From NCBI RefSeq assembly GCF_009914755.1, contig NC_060925.1: a stretch of DNA of 64,000 nt; one strand, given 5' to 3'. A program made the translations under genes and the position numbers. Source of the stretch: the human T2T-CHM13v2.0 reference genome, Homo sapiens. Each line of letters begins with the position of its first letter. The stretch's first letter is position 1. The notes beneath the pieces were generated by a model. That model saw only the letters and a list, made by a program, of their open reading frames with translations. It was not told the DNA's origin and made no database searches. Shown here piece by piece: positions 14,049-32,845 of this stretch.

Positions 14049-16447
14049 GTAAAAAGTAAAAGGATGGAAATGACATGTCATGCAAACATTAAAGAAAACA
14101 GGAGTGGCTATATTAATACAAGATAAAATATGCTTCATACCAAAGAAAATTATGAGAGACAGAGAGGACATTAGATAATGATAAAAGGACAATCTACCAA
14201 GAAGAAATAGCAATCCTACAAATGTATATACCAGACATCAGAACTGTAAAATATATGAAGCAAAAGCTGATAGAAAGTGAAAGGAGAAATAGGCAGTTAC
14301 AGGTGGAGACTTCAACTGTCTCAAAAACTGATAAAACGGTTAGACAGAAAATCAGCAACAATACAGAAGAACTCCATAATACCATCAACCAACAAAATGT
14401 AACTGACTTTTATAGAACACTCTACCTAAGAACAGCAGACTACACATTCTTTTGCAGTGCCCATGGAACAGACCATTTCTAGGGCCGAAAAACCTCAACA
14501 AATTTGGAAGTATTGAAATCATACTGAGTGTGTTCTCTGACCATGTCTGAATCAAATTATTAATCAGTAACAGAAAGATAACAGGAAACTCGCCAAATAC
14601 CTAGAAACAAACAGTTATACTACTAAGTAATTCATGGGTTGAAGAAGAATCTCAAAGGGTATTAAAAAAAAATGCATATAGTTGAATGAAAACAAAAGCA
14701 GAACATACCAGAATTTATGGGACACAGCTAAGCCAGTGTTCAGAGAGAAACTTATAACACTAAATGATTATATCAGAAAACAGGAACAGTCAAATCTAGG
14801 TTCCTAACTCAAAAGAACTAGAAAAAGAACAAAATAAACCTAAAGCAAGCAGGAGGAATGTAAAGAGCAGGAAGCAATGAAATTGAAAATAAAAAACCGT
14901 AGACAAAAATTTTTGCGTAAAGCTGGTTCTTTTCAAAGATCAATAAAATTGATAAACCTCTAACAAGAGAGACAAAAAAGAGAATACACCAATTATTACT
15001 GTCAGGAATGAAACAGGTATGGATCTTGCCTACATCAAAAGGATAACAAGGGAATACTACAAACAGCCCTACACATGTAAATTTGATAATTTAGATGGAA
15101 TGGACCAATTCATAGAAAAGTACGAATTACCACCCAAAATAAATAGATAATTTGAATGGCTCTTTAACTATTAAGGGAACTGAATTTATAATTAAAATAC
15201 TACTAAGATGAAATCTTGAGGCTCAAATAGTTTCACCAGAGAATTCTACCATACTTTTAGAGTCAACACCAGTTTTACACATTTTCTTCCTGAAAATGGA
15301 AGAAAGAGAAACAGTTTCCAGTTCATTTTATGAGACCAGTATTACTCTGATATCAAGACATTAGAAGAAAGAAAACTATAGACCAATATTCTCATAAGTG
15401 TAGGTATAGAAACCTTCAACAAAATATTAGAAAATAGCAACAAAATCTAAAATTAATTCTATACCATGAATTTATTATTTAAATTCATTTAAATTCATTA
15501 ATTTCATTAAATTCATATTTATCTTTTCAAGAAAACCAACTTTTCATTTCATTGATCTTGTATTTTTTTTTTGCCTCAATTTGATTTATTTCCCCTCTGA
15601 TCTTTATTTTCTTCTACAAATTTGAGGTTTGGTTTGTTCTTACTTTCTAGATCCTTGAAGTACATCATTAAATTATTTGAAATTTTTCTTTTTTAAAAAA
15701 ATTGGGCATTTATTGCTATAAACTTTTCTCTTAGTGCTGATTTTGCCATAGCCCACAGATTTTGGTATGTTGTATTTCCATTTTCATTTGTTTCGAGAAG
15801 TTTTTTAATTTTCTCAATTTCTTCATTGACCCATTGGTCAGTCAGGAGCATATTGTTTAATTTCCGTGTGTTTCTGTATTTCTGACGTTCCTCTTGTTAT
15901 TGATTTTGTGTTTTATCCCATTGTGGTCAGAAAAGATGCTTGACATGATTTTTTTAAAAATTCGCTCATACTTGTTTTATGGCCTATTTTGTGGTCTGTT
16001 CTACAGAATGTACCATGTGCTGATGAGAAGAATGTGTATTTTCTAACTGTTGGGTGAAATATTCTGAAAATGTCAGTAGGCCTATTAGATTTAGTGTGTA
16101 GTTTAACTCTGGTTTCTTTGTTGATTTGCCGCTGGATGATCTGTCCATTACTGAGAGTGGCAGTTAGAGTCTGCTACTATTATTGTATTGCAATCTGTCT
16201 TTTCTTTATTAGATCTATTATGTTTATTTTATATGCTTGGTTTTACAATCTTAGATTTGTAGTCTGTTTTATCTAAGTAGAGCTACTCCTGTGCTTTTTT
16301 GTTTTCCAGTTGCATAGAATATCTTTTTCCACCCCTTCACTTTCAGTCTATGTGTCTTTATAGGTAGGGTAGGTTTCTTGAAGACAGCATATAGTTGGGT
16401 CTTATTTCTTTATTCAGCCACTCTGTGCCTTTTAATTAGAGAATTAA

Positions 16448-16751
<304 letters not shown>

Positions 16752-18000
16752 TTTAAATTCAGTATTATTATTATTATTGATAAGTAAGGACTTACTTTAT
16801 TTTAACAATCTTTTTTTTTTCCTGCTTATTTTCTGGTTATTTTGACACTCCTGTCTTTTTTCTTGTCTTCCTTTGTGGTTCTGTCTGTCTTTGTGGGTAA
16901 GTACTTTTCTCTGGTAGTATGTTTTAATTTGTAGCTTTTTATTTTAGGGAGTGTCTTATGGGTTTTGTGCTGTGGTTGCCAGTTACCATGAGGCTTACAA
17001 AAAATATCTTACAAATATAACAAGAGACAGTTCATCTTAGGTCACAAATAATAAGAATAGAAACAAAGGCAAAAAAAAAAACTACACAAAAATAATCTGC
17101 AGTTTAACATCATCACCCCCACATTTTGAGTTTTAGTTGTCTCACTTTTCATTTTCTATATTACCTGATTTGATAAAATCAGGTAATTTGATAAAATCAG
17201 TGGATTTTGCATCACTGTTAACAGTAGTATAGGATTCTGGGTTTGTTTATATACTTAATTTCACCAGTGTTTTTTCTTTTTTTTTTTAAACCTTTTTTTT
17301 TTCCCCTTCAAATTGAAGAACTCCCTTTAGCATTTCTTATAATGTAGATCTGATGGTGGTGAATTCTTTCAGCTTTAGTTTGAGAAATAGTTTCTCTCTC
17401 CTTCATATCTGAAGTATAATTTTGCTGAATACAGTATTCTCGGATGGCAGTTTTATTTTTGGTTTGTTTTTTAAGCACTTTGAAAATGTTGTTTCACTCT
17501 TGTCTGCGTGGTTTCTGTTGAGAAGTCTTGTCAGACAATGTGGAGGTCCTTTATATGTTATTTGCTTCTTTTCTCTTGTTGTTTTTAGGATCCTCTCTTT
17601 GCCCTTGACCTTTGAGGGTTTGATTATTATGCCTTGAGGTAGTCTTACTTGGGTTGAACCTATTTTGTGTTCTGAGATTTTTTTGTATCTGGATATGTAT
17701 ATCTTTCGGAAAAATTTCTGTTATTTCTTTGAGTAAGCATTCTAGCCCTTGGTGTTGCTCAGCTCCCTCTTGAACACTAATAATTCTTAGCTTTGGTCTT
17801 TTGAGATAATTTTTAATATCTTATAGGCAGCTTCATTCTTTTCTACTCTTCTTTTTTCTCTTCTGATCATGTATTTTCAGATAGCCAGTCTTTGAGCTTT
17901 CCAGTTCTTTCCTCTGCTTCATTCATCTGCTTTGAGAGCCTCCAGGAAGTTCTTCAGTTCAGCAAATGTGTTTCTCAGTTCGAAGACTTCTGTTTGATTT

Positions 18001-18274
18001 TTTGTTTTTCAGACAGCGTCTCACCATATTGCCTAGGCTTGACTGCAGTGGCACAATCATGGCTCATTTCATCCTCTATTGCCTAGGATCAGTGATTCTC
18101 CCATCTTAGCCTCCGGAGTAACTGGGACCACAGGCTTGTGCCAACATACCTGGCTAATTTTTTTTGTAGAGATGGGGGTCTTCCTATGTTGCCCAGACTG
18201 GTCTTGAACTCCTGGGTTCAAACAGTTCTCCTGCCTTGGCTTCCCAAAGTGCTGGGATTATACCATGCCTAGCC
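18001..18274 (-). mobile_element. AluJ, diverged
   Basis: Antisense Alu; TSD tctgtttgattt. Confidence 0.88.
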
Positions 18275-18302
18275 TCTGTTTGATTTTAAAAGATTATTTC
18301 AG

Positions 18303-18663
<361 letters not shown>

Positions 18664-19664
18664 TGAGTTGCTTTTGTATGTTATCTTGGAGGTCGCTGAC
18701 TTTCCTTATAACTACTATTTTGAATTTGTGGTTAGAGAACTCACAAATTGCTTTCTTGTTAGGATCAGTTGCCGGATTTTTGTTTTGTCCTTTTGGGGAG
18801 GTCATGGTTCCCTGTTTGCTGTTGTTTCTTGTGGGTATATTTTATGTCTTTGCATTGAAGGATAGTTATTAATAGATATTTATAGAATAGTTATTTATTC
18901 TAGTTTTTTTTCTGTCCATCTTGTTTTGGTTTCTACTGGATATATTTGCTTAGTGAATCTTTACATCTAGGTAACTGCCTCTTTTTAGCTCTAGGAGGTA
19001 CCTTAAGCTTGGGTTGACCTCAGCTCTGGTAAATGATCAGAGTGATGCCTGCTCTGAAGGTGAGAGGTCCCAAAGGGATTAGGCTGGCAGTGTGTTAAGG
19101 CTAGCTAGAGGTTTGTGCCCAGGAGTCCATACCTCTTCTGCTGAGCAGCCTCTCAGATTGGGCATCTCTGTTTGCTGAGTAGCAGAGCAGACTTTCCAGG
19201 GTTGGGGGTGATAGTCCCACCTCCTGTCTTTGTCTCTGCCTGTCCTCAGGAGTATTTCTCCCTTTAGGCAGTCACGATGCTTCCCATGGATTAAGGTGGG
19301 GACAAGTCTCCTGCTTGGGAACCCAAGATGTTGGGGAACCTGGATGACCCCCTCAGTCTTACCTTTTACAGTTATAGAAATGTAGTTGGGTGGAGGGAGG
19401 GTGAGATTTTCTGCTTGGTGCCAGGCAGAATGGAGGGGGAGGGGTGTCACAGATGTGGAGGTCTGATTCCCTTGCCATCTGTTCAGAGTTGTTTTTTGTT
19501 TGTTTGTTTGTTTTTTTCTTACTTCTCCACGGCCCCAGGAATTATCTCATTCTCATATTTGAATTCCATGTTGTTACTGGTAAAAATCTTGGCACTTACA
19601 TATTTGTTTGTTTGTTTGTTTTTCTATTGGAGAGGGGGGCGTGAAAACAGCTTGCACTTATATT

Positions 19665-20580
<916 letters not shown>

Positions 20581-22887
20581 TTAAATTTTTTTTATTTTTA
20601 ATTTTTGTGGGTACATAGTAGGTGTATGAATTTATGGGTTATATGAGATATTTTGATACAGGGATGCAATGTGTAATAATCATATCAAGGGAGATGGGTA
20701 TCCATGCCCTCAAGTATTTATTCTTTGTGTTACAAATAATCCAGTTATATTCTTTTAGTTATTTAAAAATCTGCAATTAAGTTGTTATTGACTATAGTCA
20801 TTCTGTTGTTTTATCAAATTCTAGTTGTTATTAATTCTATTTTTTGTACCCATTGTCCCTTCCCACTTCCCCTTCCGAACCCTACACGATCCTTTCCAGC
20901 CTCTGGTAACCATCCTTCTACTCTCTGTCTCCATGAGTTCAATTATTTTAATTTTTAACTCCCATAAATAAGTGAGTACATGCAAAGTTTGTCTTTTTGT
21001 GCCTGACTTATTTCACTTAATGTAATTTGACCTCAGCTTCTATCCATGTTGTTGCAAATGACTGAATCTCATTCTTTTTTATGCCTGAATAGTACTTCAT
21101 TTTGTATATATACCACATTTTTAAAATCCGTTCATCTGTTGATGGACACTTAGATTGCTTCAAATCTTGGCTATTGTGAATAGTGCTGCAGTAAACATGG
21201 GAGTGCAAGTATTTCTTTGATTTATTGATTTCCTTTCTTTTGGGTATATACCTAAGAGTGGGATTGCTGGAGGGTAAGGTAGCTCTATTTTTAGGTTTTT
21301 GTGGAGCCTCCAAACTGTTCTCCATGGTGGTTGTACTAATTTAGATTTCCACCAAGAGTATGAGGGCTCCCTTTTTTCCACATCCTTGCCAGCATTTATT
21401 ATTGCTTGACTTTTGGATAAAGGCCATTTTAACTGGGGTGAGATGATGTCTAATTATAGTTTTGATTTGCATTTCTCTGATGATCAATGATGTTGAACAG
21501 CTTTTTATATGCCTATTTGCCATTTTTATGTCTTCTTTTTAGAAATGTCCATTCACATCCTTTGTCCATGTTTTAAATTAGACTTAGATTTTTTCCTATA
21601 GAGATGTTTGAGCTCCTTATATATTCTGGTTATTCATCCCCTATGAGATGGGTAGGTTGCCAATATTTTCTTTCATTCTGTGGATTGTCCCTTCACTTTT
21701 TTGATTGTTTTCTTTGCTGTGCAAAAGCTTTTTGCTTGATATGATCCTATTTGTCCATTTTTGCTTTGGTTGCCTGCGCTTGTAGCGTATTACTCAATAA
21801 ATTTTTGCCCATTCCAATGTCCTGGAGAGTTTCGCCAGTGTTTTCTTTTAGTTTCATAGCTTGAGGGATTAAAGTCTTTAATAATCAATTTTGATTTGAT
21901 TTTTGTGTATGGTGAGAGATAGGGATTCAGTTTCACTCTTTTGCATATGGATATTCGGTTTTCCCAGCACTGTGTATTGAAGAGGTTGTCCTTTCCCCAG
22001 TGTATTTTCTTGGCACCTTTTGTCAAAAATAAGTTCACTGTAGATATATGACTTTATCTGTGGGTTCTCTATTCTGTTCCATGATCTTTGTGTCTGTGTT
22101 TATGCCAGTACCATGCCATTTTGGTTACTATAGCTCTTTAGTATAATTTAAAGTAATGTAATGTGTTTCTTCCAGTTTTGTTGTTTTTGCTTAGGATTGC
22201 ATTGGCTATTCTGGGTCTTTGTGGTTATATATAAATTTTAGGATTGCCTTTTCTATTTCTGTGAGGAATGCCATTAGTATTTTGATAAAGATTGCATTAA
22301 ATCTGTAGATTCCTTTAGTGTAGTTATTTTAACAATATTGATTCTTTTAATTCATGAACATGGAATATCTTTCCCTTTTTTTGTGTGTCTTCAATTTTCT
22401 TGCATCAGTGTTTTATAGTTTTCATCGTAGAGATCTTTCACTTCTTTGGTTAATTCCTAGGTATTTAATTTTATTTGTAGCTATTGTAAATGGGATTACT
22501 TTCTTGATTTCTTTTTCAGATTGTTTGCTGTTGGCGTATAGACATGCTACTAATTTTTGTATGTTGATTTTGTATCCTGCAATTGTACTGAATTTGTTTG
22601 TCAGTTGTAATAGTTTTTTAGGGGAGTCTTTAGATTTTTTTCAAATGTAAAATCATATCCTCTGTAAACAAGGATAATTTGAGTTCTTCCTTTTCAATTT
22701 AGATGCTCTTTATTTCTTTCTCTTGTCTGATTGCTCTAGCAAAGACTTCTGGTACTGTATTGAATAACAGTGGTGAAAATGGGCATCCTTGTTATATTCT
22801 CGATCTTAGAGGAAAGGCTTTCAGTTTTTCCCCCATTCAGTGTGATACTAGATATGGGTCTGTCGTATATGGTTTTTATTATGTTGA

Positions 22888-23136
<249 letters not shown>

Positions 23137-24332
23137 TGAGGTAAGTTTCTTCTATCCCCAGTTTTTTGAGGGTTTTTATCATGAAGGGATGTTGAATTTT
23201 GTAAAATGCATTTTCAGCATCAGTTGAAATGATATGGGTTTTGTCTTTCATTCTGTTGGTATGATGTATGACATTAATTTATTTGCATATGTTGAATCAT
23301 CCTTGCTTCCCTGGGATAAATCCCACTTGGTCATGATGAATGATCTTTTTAATGTGTTGAATTTGCTTTGGTAGTATTTTGTTGAGTATTTTTCCATCAG
23401 TATTCATCAGTCATGTTGTTCTATGGTTTTCTTTTTTTTGATGTATCTTTGGTTTTCATATCGGGGTAATACTAGCCTCATAGACTGAGTTTGGAAGTAT
23501 TCCCACCTCTGTTTTTCAGAGTAGTTTCAGTAGGACTGGTGTTCTTTAAATGTTTGGGATAATTCAGCAGTGAAGCCATTGGGACCTGGGCTTCTCTTGC
23601 TAGGAGACTTTTTATTATGCTTTCAATCTCATTACTTGTTATTGATCTCTTCAGGTTTTGGATTTCTTTATGGTTCAATCTTGGTAGGTTGTATGTCTCT
23701 AGGAGGTTTGTCAATCTTGTTTACCTTTTCAGAACACCAACTTTTTGGTTTGTTGATCTCTTGTATTGTTTTTCTCATTTCAAGTTTATTTCTGCTCTAA
23801 TCTTTATTATTTCTTTTCTTTTAATTATGGGTTTGGTTTGCTCTTTTCTGGTTAAGATGCATCATTAGGTGGTTTATTTTACATTTTTCTTTTATTTTTG
23901 ATGTAGACACTTCCAGGTGTAAACTGCCCTCAGTACTGCATTTGCTGTATCCCATAGATTTTGGGATGTTGTGTTTCCATTATTTGTTTCAAGAAATTTT
24001 TCAGTTTTTTTCCTCAGTTTCTTTGTGGACCCACTGGCCATTCAGAAGCATATTTCTTAATTTCCGTGTATTTCTGTAGTTTCCAGAAATTTCTCTTGTT
24101 ACTGATTTCTAGTTTTATTCCATTGTGGTCAGAAAAGATGCTTCATATTATTCCAGTTTTTTTTTTTTTTAACTGTTTTGAGACTTGTTTTGTGACCTGC
24201 CATATGGTCTGTCCTTGAAAATGATCCACGTGCTGAGGCAAAGAATGTATTTTCTATAGCCATTGGAAGGAGTGTTCTGTAAATATCTGTTAGGTCCATT
24301 TGGCCTATAACACAGATTAAATTTGATGTTTC

Positions 24333-24645
24333 TTTTTTGATTTTCTTTTTTCTTTTTTCTGAGTCAGAGACTCGCTCTGTTGCCCAGGCAGCAGTGCAGT
24401 TGCACTATCTTGGCTCACTGTAACCTCTGCCTCCTGGGTTCAAGTGATTGTCCTGCCTCAGTCTCATGATTAGTTGGGATTACAGGCACATGCCACCATG
24501 CCTGGCTAATTAATTTTGTATTTTTAGTAGAAATGAGGTTTTACCACATTGGTCAGGCTGGCCTTGAACTCCTGAACTCAAGTGATCCACCCGCCTTGGC
24601 CACCCAAAGTGCTGGGCTTACAGACGTGAGCCACCATGCCTGGCC
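24333..24645 (-). mobile_element. Alu
   Basis: Antisense full dimer inside L1MA. Confidence 0.93.
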
Positions 24646-24708
24646 TCTTTGTTGATTTTCTGTCTGAAGTATATGTCTGATGCTGAAAGTGGGGTATTGA
24701 GGTCTATA

Positions 24709-25011
24709 GTTTTTTTTAGTTTTTATTTTTATTTTTTCTGATGGAGTCTCACTACGTCACCCAGGCTGGAGTGTGGCGGCAAGATCTCGGCTTACTGCAA
24801 CCTCCACGCTTAAACGATCCTCCCACCTCAGCCTCCTGAGTAGCTGGGACTATAGGTGCGCAATACCATGCCTAGCTAGCTTTGCATTTTTTGTAGATAT
24901 GGGGTTTTGCCATGTTGCCCAGGCTAGTCTCAAACTCCTGGATTCAAGCGATCTGCCCATCTCAGCCTCCAAATGTGCTGGGATTGGAGGAGTGAGCCAC
25001 CATGCCCAGCC
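24709..25011 (-). mobile_element. AluJ
   Basis: Antisense; gatcctcccacctcagc and gttgcccaggct are AluJ-like. Confidence 0.9.
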
Positions 25012-25606
25012 TACGGTTATTATTGTTTTGGGGTCTATTTCTTCAGCTCTAATAATATTTGCTTTATATATCTGGGTGCTCCAGTGCTGGGTGCATATAT
25101 ATTTACAATTATTACATCCTCTTGCTGGATTGACCCCTTTATCATTATATAATTACCTTTGTGTCTTCTTATAGTTTGTCTTGAAATCTATTTTGTCTGA
25201 TGTAAATATAGCTACTTCTGCTCTGCATGGTTTCCATTGGCATGGAGTATCTTTTTCCATCTCTTTATTTTCCGCCTGTGTGTCTTTATAGGTGAAGTGG
25301 TTTTCTTGTAGGCAAAGCAGCATTGGGTTTTTTAAAATCCATTCAGCCACTCTGTGTCTTCTCATTGGAGAGTTTAATCTGTTTATGTTCAATGTTATTG
25401 TTGATAGTTTAGGACGTACTTCTGCCATTTTGTTTTCTGGTGATTTTGTGGTCTTTCCTTTTTTCCTTCCTTCCTGTATTCCTGTTAGTGAATGTGATTT
25501 TTCTCTGATGGTATGATTTAATTTCTTGCTTCTTACTTTTTGTGTATCTATGGTAAGTTTTTTGATTTGAAGTTACCAGGAGGCTTGCAAGTACTGCCTT
25601 ATAACC

Positions 25607-26011
25607 CAGGGGTCCCCCATCCCTGGGCCACAGACAGGTGTCACTCTATCGCCTGTTAGGAACCGGGCCTCACAGTAGGAGGTGAACAGCAGGCAAGTGA
25701 GCATTTACCACCTGAGCTCTGCCTGCTGTCAGATTAGTGGTAACACTAGATTCTCATAGGAGCGCAAACCCTATTGTGAACTGTGAATGCGAGGGTTCTA
25801 GGTTGCGTGCTGCTTATGAGACTCTTAATGCCTGATAATCTGAGGTAGAACAGTATCATCTCAAAACCATGCCCTACATGTACCCCCTGTCCCCAAGAGA
25901 AATTGTCTGAGGTGGAACAGTTTCATCCCAAAACCATTACCCCCACTAGTCTGTGGAAGAGTTGTCTTCCATGAAACTGGTCCCTGATGCCAAAAAGGTT
26001 GGTGACTGCTG
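25607..26011 (+). mobile_element. MER1B-like hAT-Charlie DNA transposon
   Basis: caggggtcccc...gcctgttaggaaccgggc...gattctcataggagcgcaaaccctattgtgaactg...gaaactggtccctgatgccaaaaaggttggtgactgctg. Confidence 0.9.
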
Positions 26012-26012
26012 G

Positions 26013-26520
26013 TTTATATAACATTCTTAAAATGACAAAATTATGGAAATGGAGAACAGATCTATGGATGCCAGTGTTTAGATTAGAGATGGTGGAGGAG
26101 AGAAGGGTGTGTGTGTGTTAGGGGGTGATTTGCAAGGGATAGCAGCAGGGAGAGGTTTGTGGTGATGCAACACTTTTGTTTTTTAATTTTCTAGTTTTTT
26201 TGTTTTTGTCCCTTTTGGAGAAAAGGCAAACACATTTATTTAACAGGAGAATCACAGAGTGAGCATCCTGGTGGAACACTTCTGGGTCTTGATTGTGCTT
26301 GTGGTTATGAGAATGTATACAATTGATAAGATGACATAGAACTATTAATATGTACACACATAATACCAGTGTCAATTTTCTGCCTATAATAGTATACTGT
26401 AGATACATACAATGTAGCCCTTAGAGAAAACTTAATGGAAGGTACGTGGGAATTTTCTGTACAATGTTTGCAACTTTCTAGTGACTCTACAATTATTTCT
26501 GAAATAAAAAGTTTTAAAAA
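26013..26520 (+). mobile_element. L1MC/MD-type 3' end
   Basis: tataacattcttaaaatgacaaaattat.gaaatggagaacaga ... ttgcaacttt...attatttctgaaataaaaagtt. Confidence 0.75.
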
Positions 26521-26544
26521 TTCGTAACGTGTTTATTGGTCTGT

Positions 26545-29670
<3,126 letters not shown>

Positions 29671-30002
29671 GAGAGAGTAGGAGGGAGGAAGGAAGAAAAG
29701 ATACAAAATGTCAAAACTCAAATGGGAAGAATAGACTACTGAGTAAGTATGTATATTTTCAAGAAACTGAATCAATAATTAATAACCTTCCAAAATAGAA
29801 AGCACCAGGACCAGATGGTTTTACTGTTGAATTTTACCAAATGTTTACAGAATAAATTATATCAGTTATCTGCAATCTCTTCTAGAAGACAGAAGTAGAG
29901 GGAATACTTCTAACTCATTATATGAGGCCAGCATTATTCTATTACCAGTTTTTAAATTTACCCAAATAAAATTAAAACTTCAGTCCCCTCAACATACATC
30001 CA

Positions 30003-32207
30003 CCCAAGACTGAACCAGGAAGAAGTTGAATCCATGAACAGACCAGTAACAGGTCCTGAAATTGAGGCTGTAATAAATAGCCTACCACACCTCCCCATCA
30101 AAAAAAGCCCAGGACCAGATGGATTCACAGCTAAATTCTACAGATGTACAAAGAAGAGCTGGTATCATTCCCACTGAAACTATTCCACAAAATTGAGGAG
30201 GAGGGACTCTTTTGTAACTCATTTTATGAGGTCAGTATCACCCTTATACCAAAACCTGGCAGAGATACAACAAAAAAGGAAAACTTCAGGCCATTATTTT
30301 TGATGAATATCAAGGCAAATTCCTCAACAAAATACTGGCAAATTGAATCCAGCACCACATTAAAAAGCTTATCCACCACGATCAAGTAGGCTTTATCCCT
30401 GGGATATAAGGTTGGTTCAACATATGCAAATGAATAAACATGATTGATTCATCACATAAACAGAACTAAAGGACAAAAACCACATGGTTATCTCAATACA
30501 TGCAGAAAATGCTTTTGATAAAATTCAACATTTCCTCAGGCTAAAAACTCTCAATAAACTAGGTATTGAAGGAAATACCTCAAAATAATACGAGCCATCC
30601 ATGACAAACTCACAGCCAACCTCGTCCTGAATGGGCAATAGCTGGAAGCATTTCCCTTGAAAACTGGCACAAGACAAGGATGCCCTCCCTTGCCACTCTT
30701 ATTCAACATAGTATTGGAAGTCTTGGCCAGGGTAATCAGGCAAGAGAAAGAAATAAAGGGCATTCAAATAGGAAGGGAGTCAAATTATCCCTGTTTGCAC
30801 AGTGCTATATCTAGAAAACCCCATAGTCTCAGCCCAAAAGCTTCTTAAGCCAATAAACAACTTCAGCAAAGTTGCAGGATACAAAATCAATGTGCAAAAA
30901 TCACTAGCATTCCTATACACCAACAACAGTCAAGCCACGAGCCAAATCCAGAATGTAATCCCATTCATAATTCCCACAAAAAGAATAAAATACCTAGGGA
31001 TAAAGCTAACTAGGGAGGTGAAAGATCTCTACAAGGAGAACTGTAAGCCATTGCTCAAATAAATCAGAGGTGATGCAAACAAATGGGAAAACATTCCATG
31101 CTCATGGATAGGAAGAATCAATATTGTTAAAATGGCCATACTGCCCAAAGCAGTTTATAGATAATGCTATTTCTATTAAACTACCATTGAGATTCTTCAC
31201 AGAACTAGAAAAAACTATTTTAAAATTCATATGGAACCAAAAAGGAACCTGAATAGCTAAGGTAATCCTAAGCAAAAAGAACAAAGCTGTAGGCATCATG
31301 CTACATGACTTCAAAGTATACTACAAGGCTACAGTAACCAAAACAGCATGATACTGGCATAAAAACAGATACATAGACCAATGGAACAGAATAGAGAACC
31401 CAGAAATAAGACTGCATACCCACAACTATCTGATCTTTGACAGACCTGACAAAAACAAGCAATGGGGAAAGGATTCCCTATTCAGTAAATGGTGCTGGGA
31501 TAACTGGCTAGCCACATGCAGAAGACAGAAACTAGACTCCTTCCTTACACCATTTTCAAAAATTAACTCAAGATGAATTAAAGACTAAAATGTAAAATAC
31601 AAAACTATAAAAACCCTTGAAGACAACCTAGGTAATACCATTAAGGACATAGGCACTGGCAATGATTTTATGTCAAAGATGCCAAAAGCAATGGCAAAAA
31701 ACAAAAATTGACAAATGGGATCTATTTAAACTAAAGAGCAAACTTTAAACTGCACAGCAAAAGAAACTATCAACAAACAGAATGGGAGAAAATTTTGGAA
31801 ACTATGCATCCAACGAAGGTCTAATATCCAGCATCTATAAGGAACTTAAATTTACAAGAAGAAAAAAACAGCCCCATTGAAAAGTGGGCAAAGGACATGA
31901 ACAGACACTTTTTAAAAGAAGACATACATGCAGCCAACAATCTTATGCAGGAACAGGAGACCACATACCGCATGTTCCTACTTACAAGTGGGAGCTAAAT
32001 GATGAGAACACTCAGACACATAGAGAGGAACTACAGACACTGGGGCCTGTCAGAGGGTGGCGGGTGGGAGGAAGAATAGGTTCAGGAAAAATAACTAATG
32101 GGCACTAGGCTTAATACCTGAGTGATGAAATAATCTGTACAACAGACCCCCTTGACACAAGTTTGCCTATGTAACAAACCTGCACATGTACCCCTGAACT
32201 TTAAAAA
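30003..32207 (+). mobile_element. 5'-truncated older L1PA (L1PA13-like 3' end) with an internal deletion near 31945
   Basis: RT-region peptides 30144..30389 and 30802..31062; 3' end aaaataactaatgggcactaggcttaatacctg...gtacccctgaactttaaaaaaa. Confidence 0.88.
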
Positions 32208-32209
32208 AA

Positions 32210-32845
32210 CAAACTTATGTTCATACAGTATCCTGCACAAGGATGTTTATAGCCACTTTATTCATAATTGCCAAAATGTGGAAACAACCAAGTTGTTCTT
32301 CACTAGGTGAATGGGTAAATCAACTGTGGTACATTTAGACAATGGAATGTTACTCACTGGTAAAAAAGAAATACCTATCAAGCCTTAAGACATGGAGAAA
32401 CCTTAAATGCATATTACTAATTGAAAGATGACAACATGAAGAAGCTTTATATTATATAATTCCAATTGTATGACTTCTGGAAAAGGCAAACCCATGGAGA
32501 CAGTAAAAAGGTTAGTGGTTACCAGATATTGGGCAGGAGGTAGGGATGAGTGGTGGAGTGCAGAGGATTTTTAGGGCAGTGTAACTATTCTGTATACTAG
32601 AATGGTGGATTGTCCAAATCTATAGAACATACTACAGCAAGATAGAACCCTAATAGAAACTGTGTACTCCAGATGATAATGAGTCATTGGTGTAGGTTCA
32701 TCAGTTGCAACACATGTGCCACTCTGGTACAGAATGTTCTTAGTTGCGGAGGTTGTGTGTGTTTGAGGCCAAAGGAACTTTTTATTTTCTGCTCACCATT
32801 TGTATGAATCTAAAATTGTTCTAAAAAATGAAGTCTGTTTAAAAG
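32210..32845 (+). mobile_element. L1MC-type 3' end
   Basis: gatgtttatagcc.ctttattcataattgccaaaa...ttaaatgcatattactaa...ctggaaaaggcaaa...tttttattttctgctca. Confidence 0.8.

Larger units (their letters stand above)
12765..15470 (+). mobile_element. Old L1M (L1MC/MD-like) ORF1 end to mid-ORF2, degenerate
   Basis: ORF1 C-terminal signature (aaccagaattctatatcc..aaaata) followed by EN-domain remnants (ORF 14222..14482 resembles ORF2p). Interrupted by an Alu and an AT-rich insert. Confidence 0.85.
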
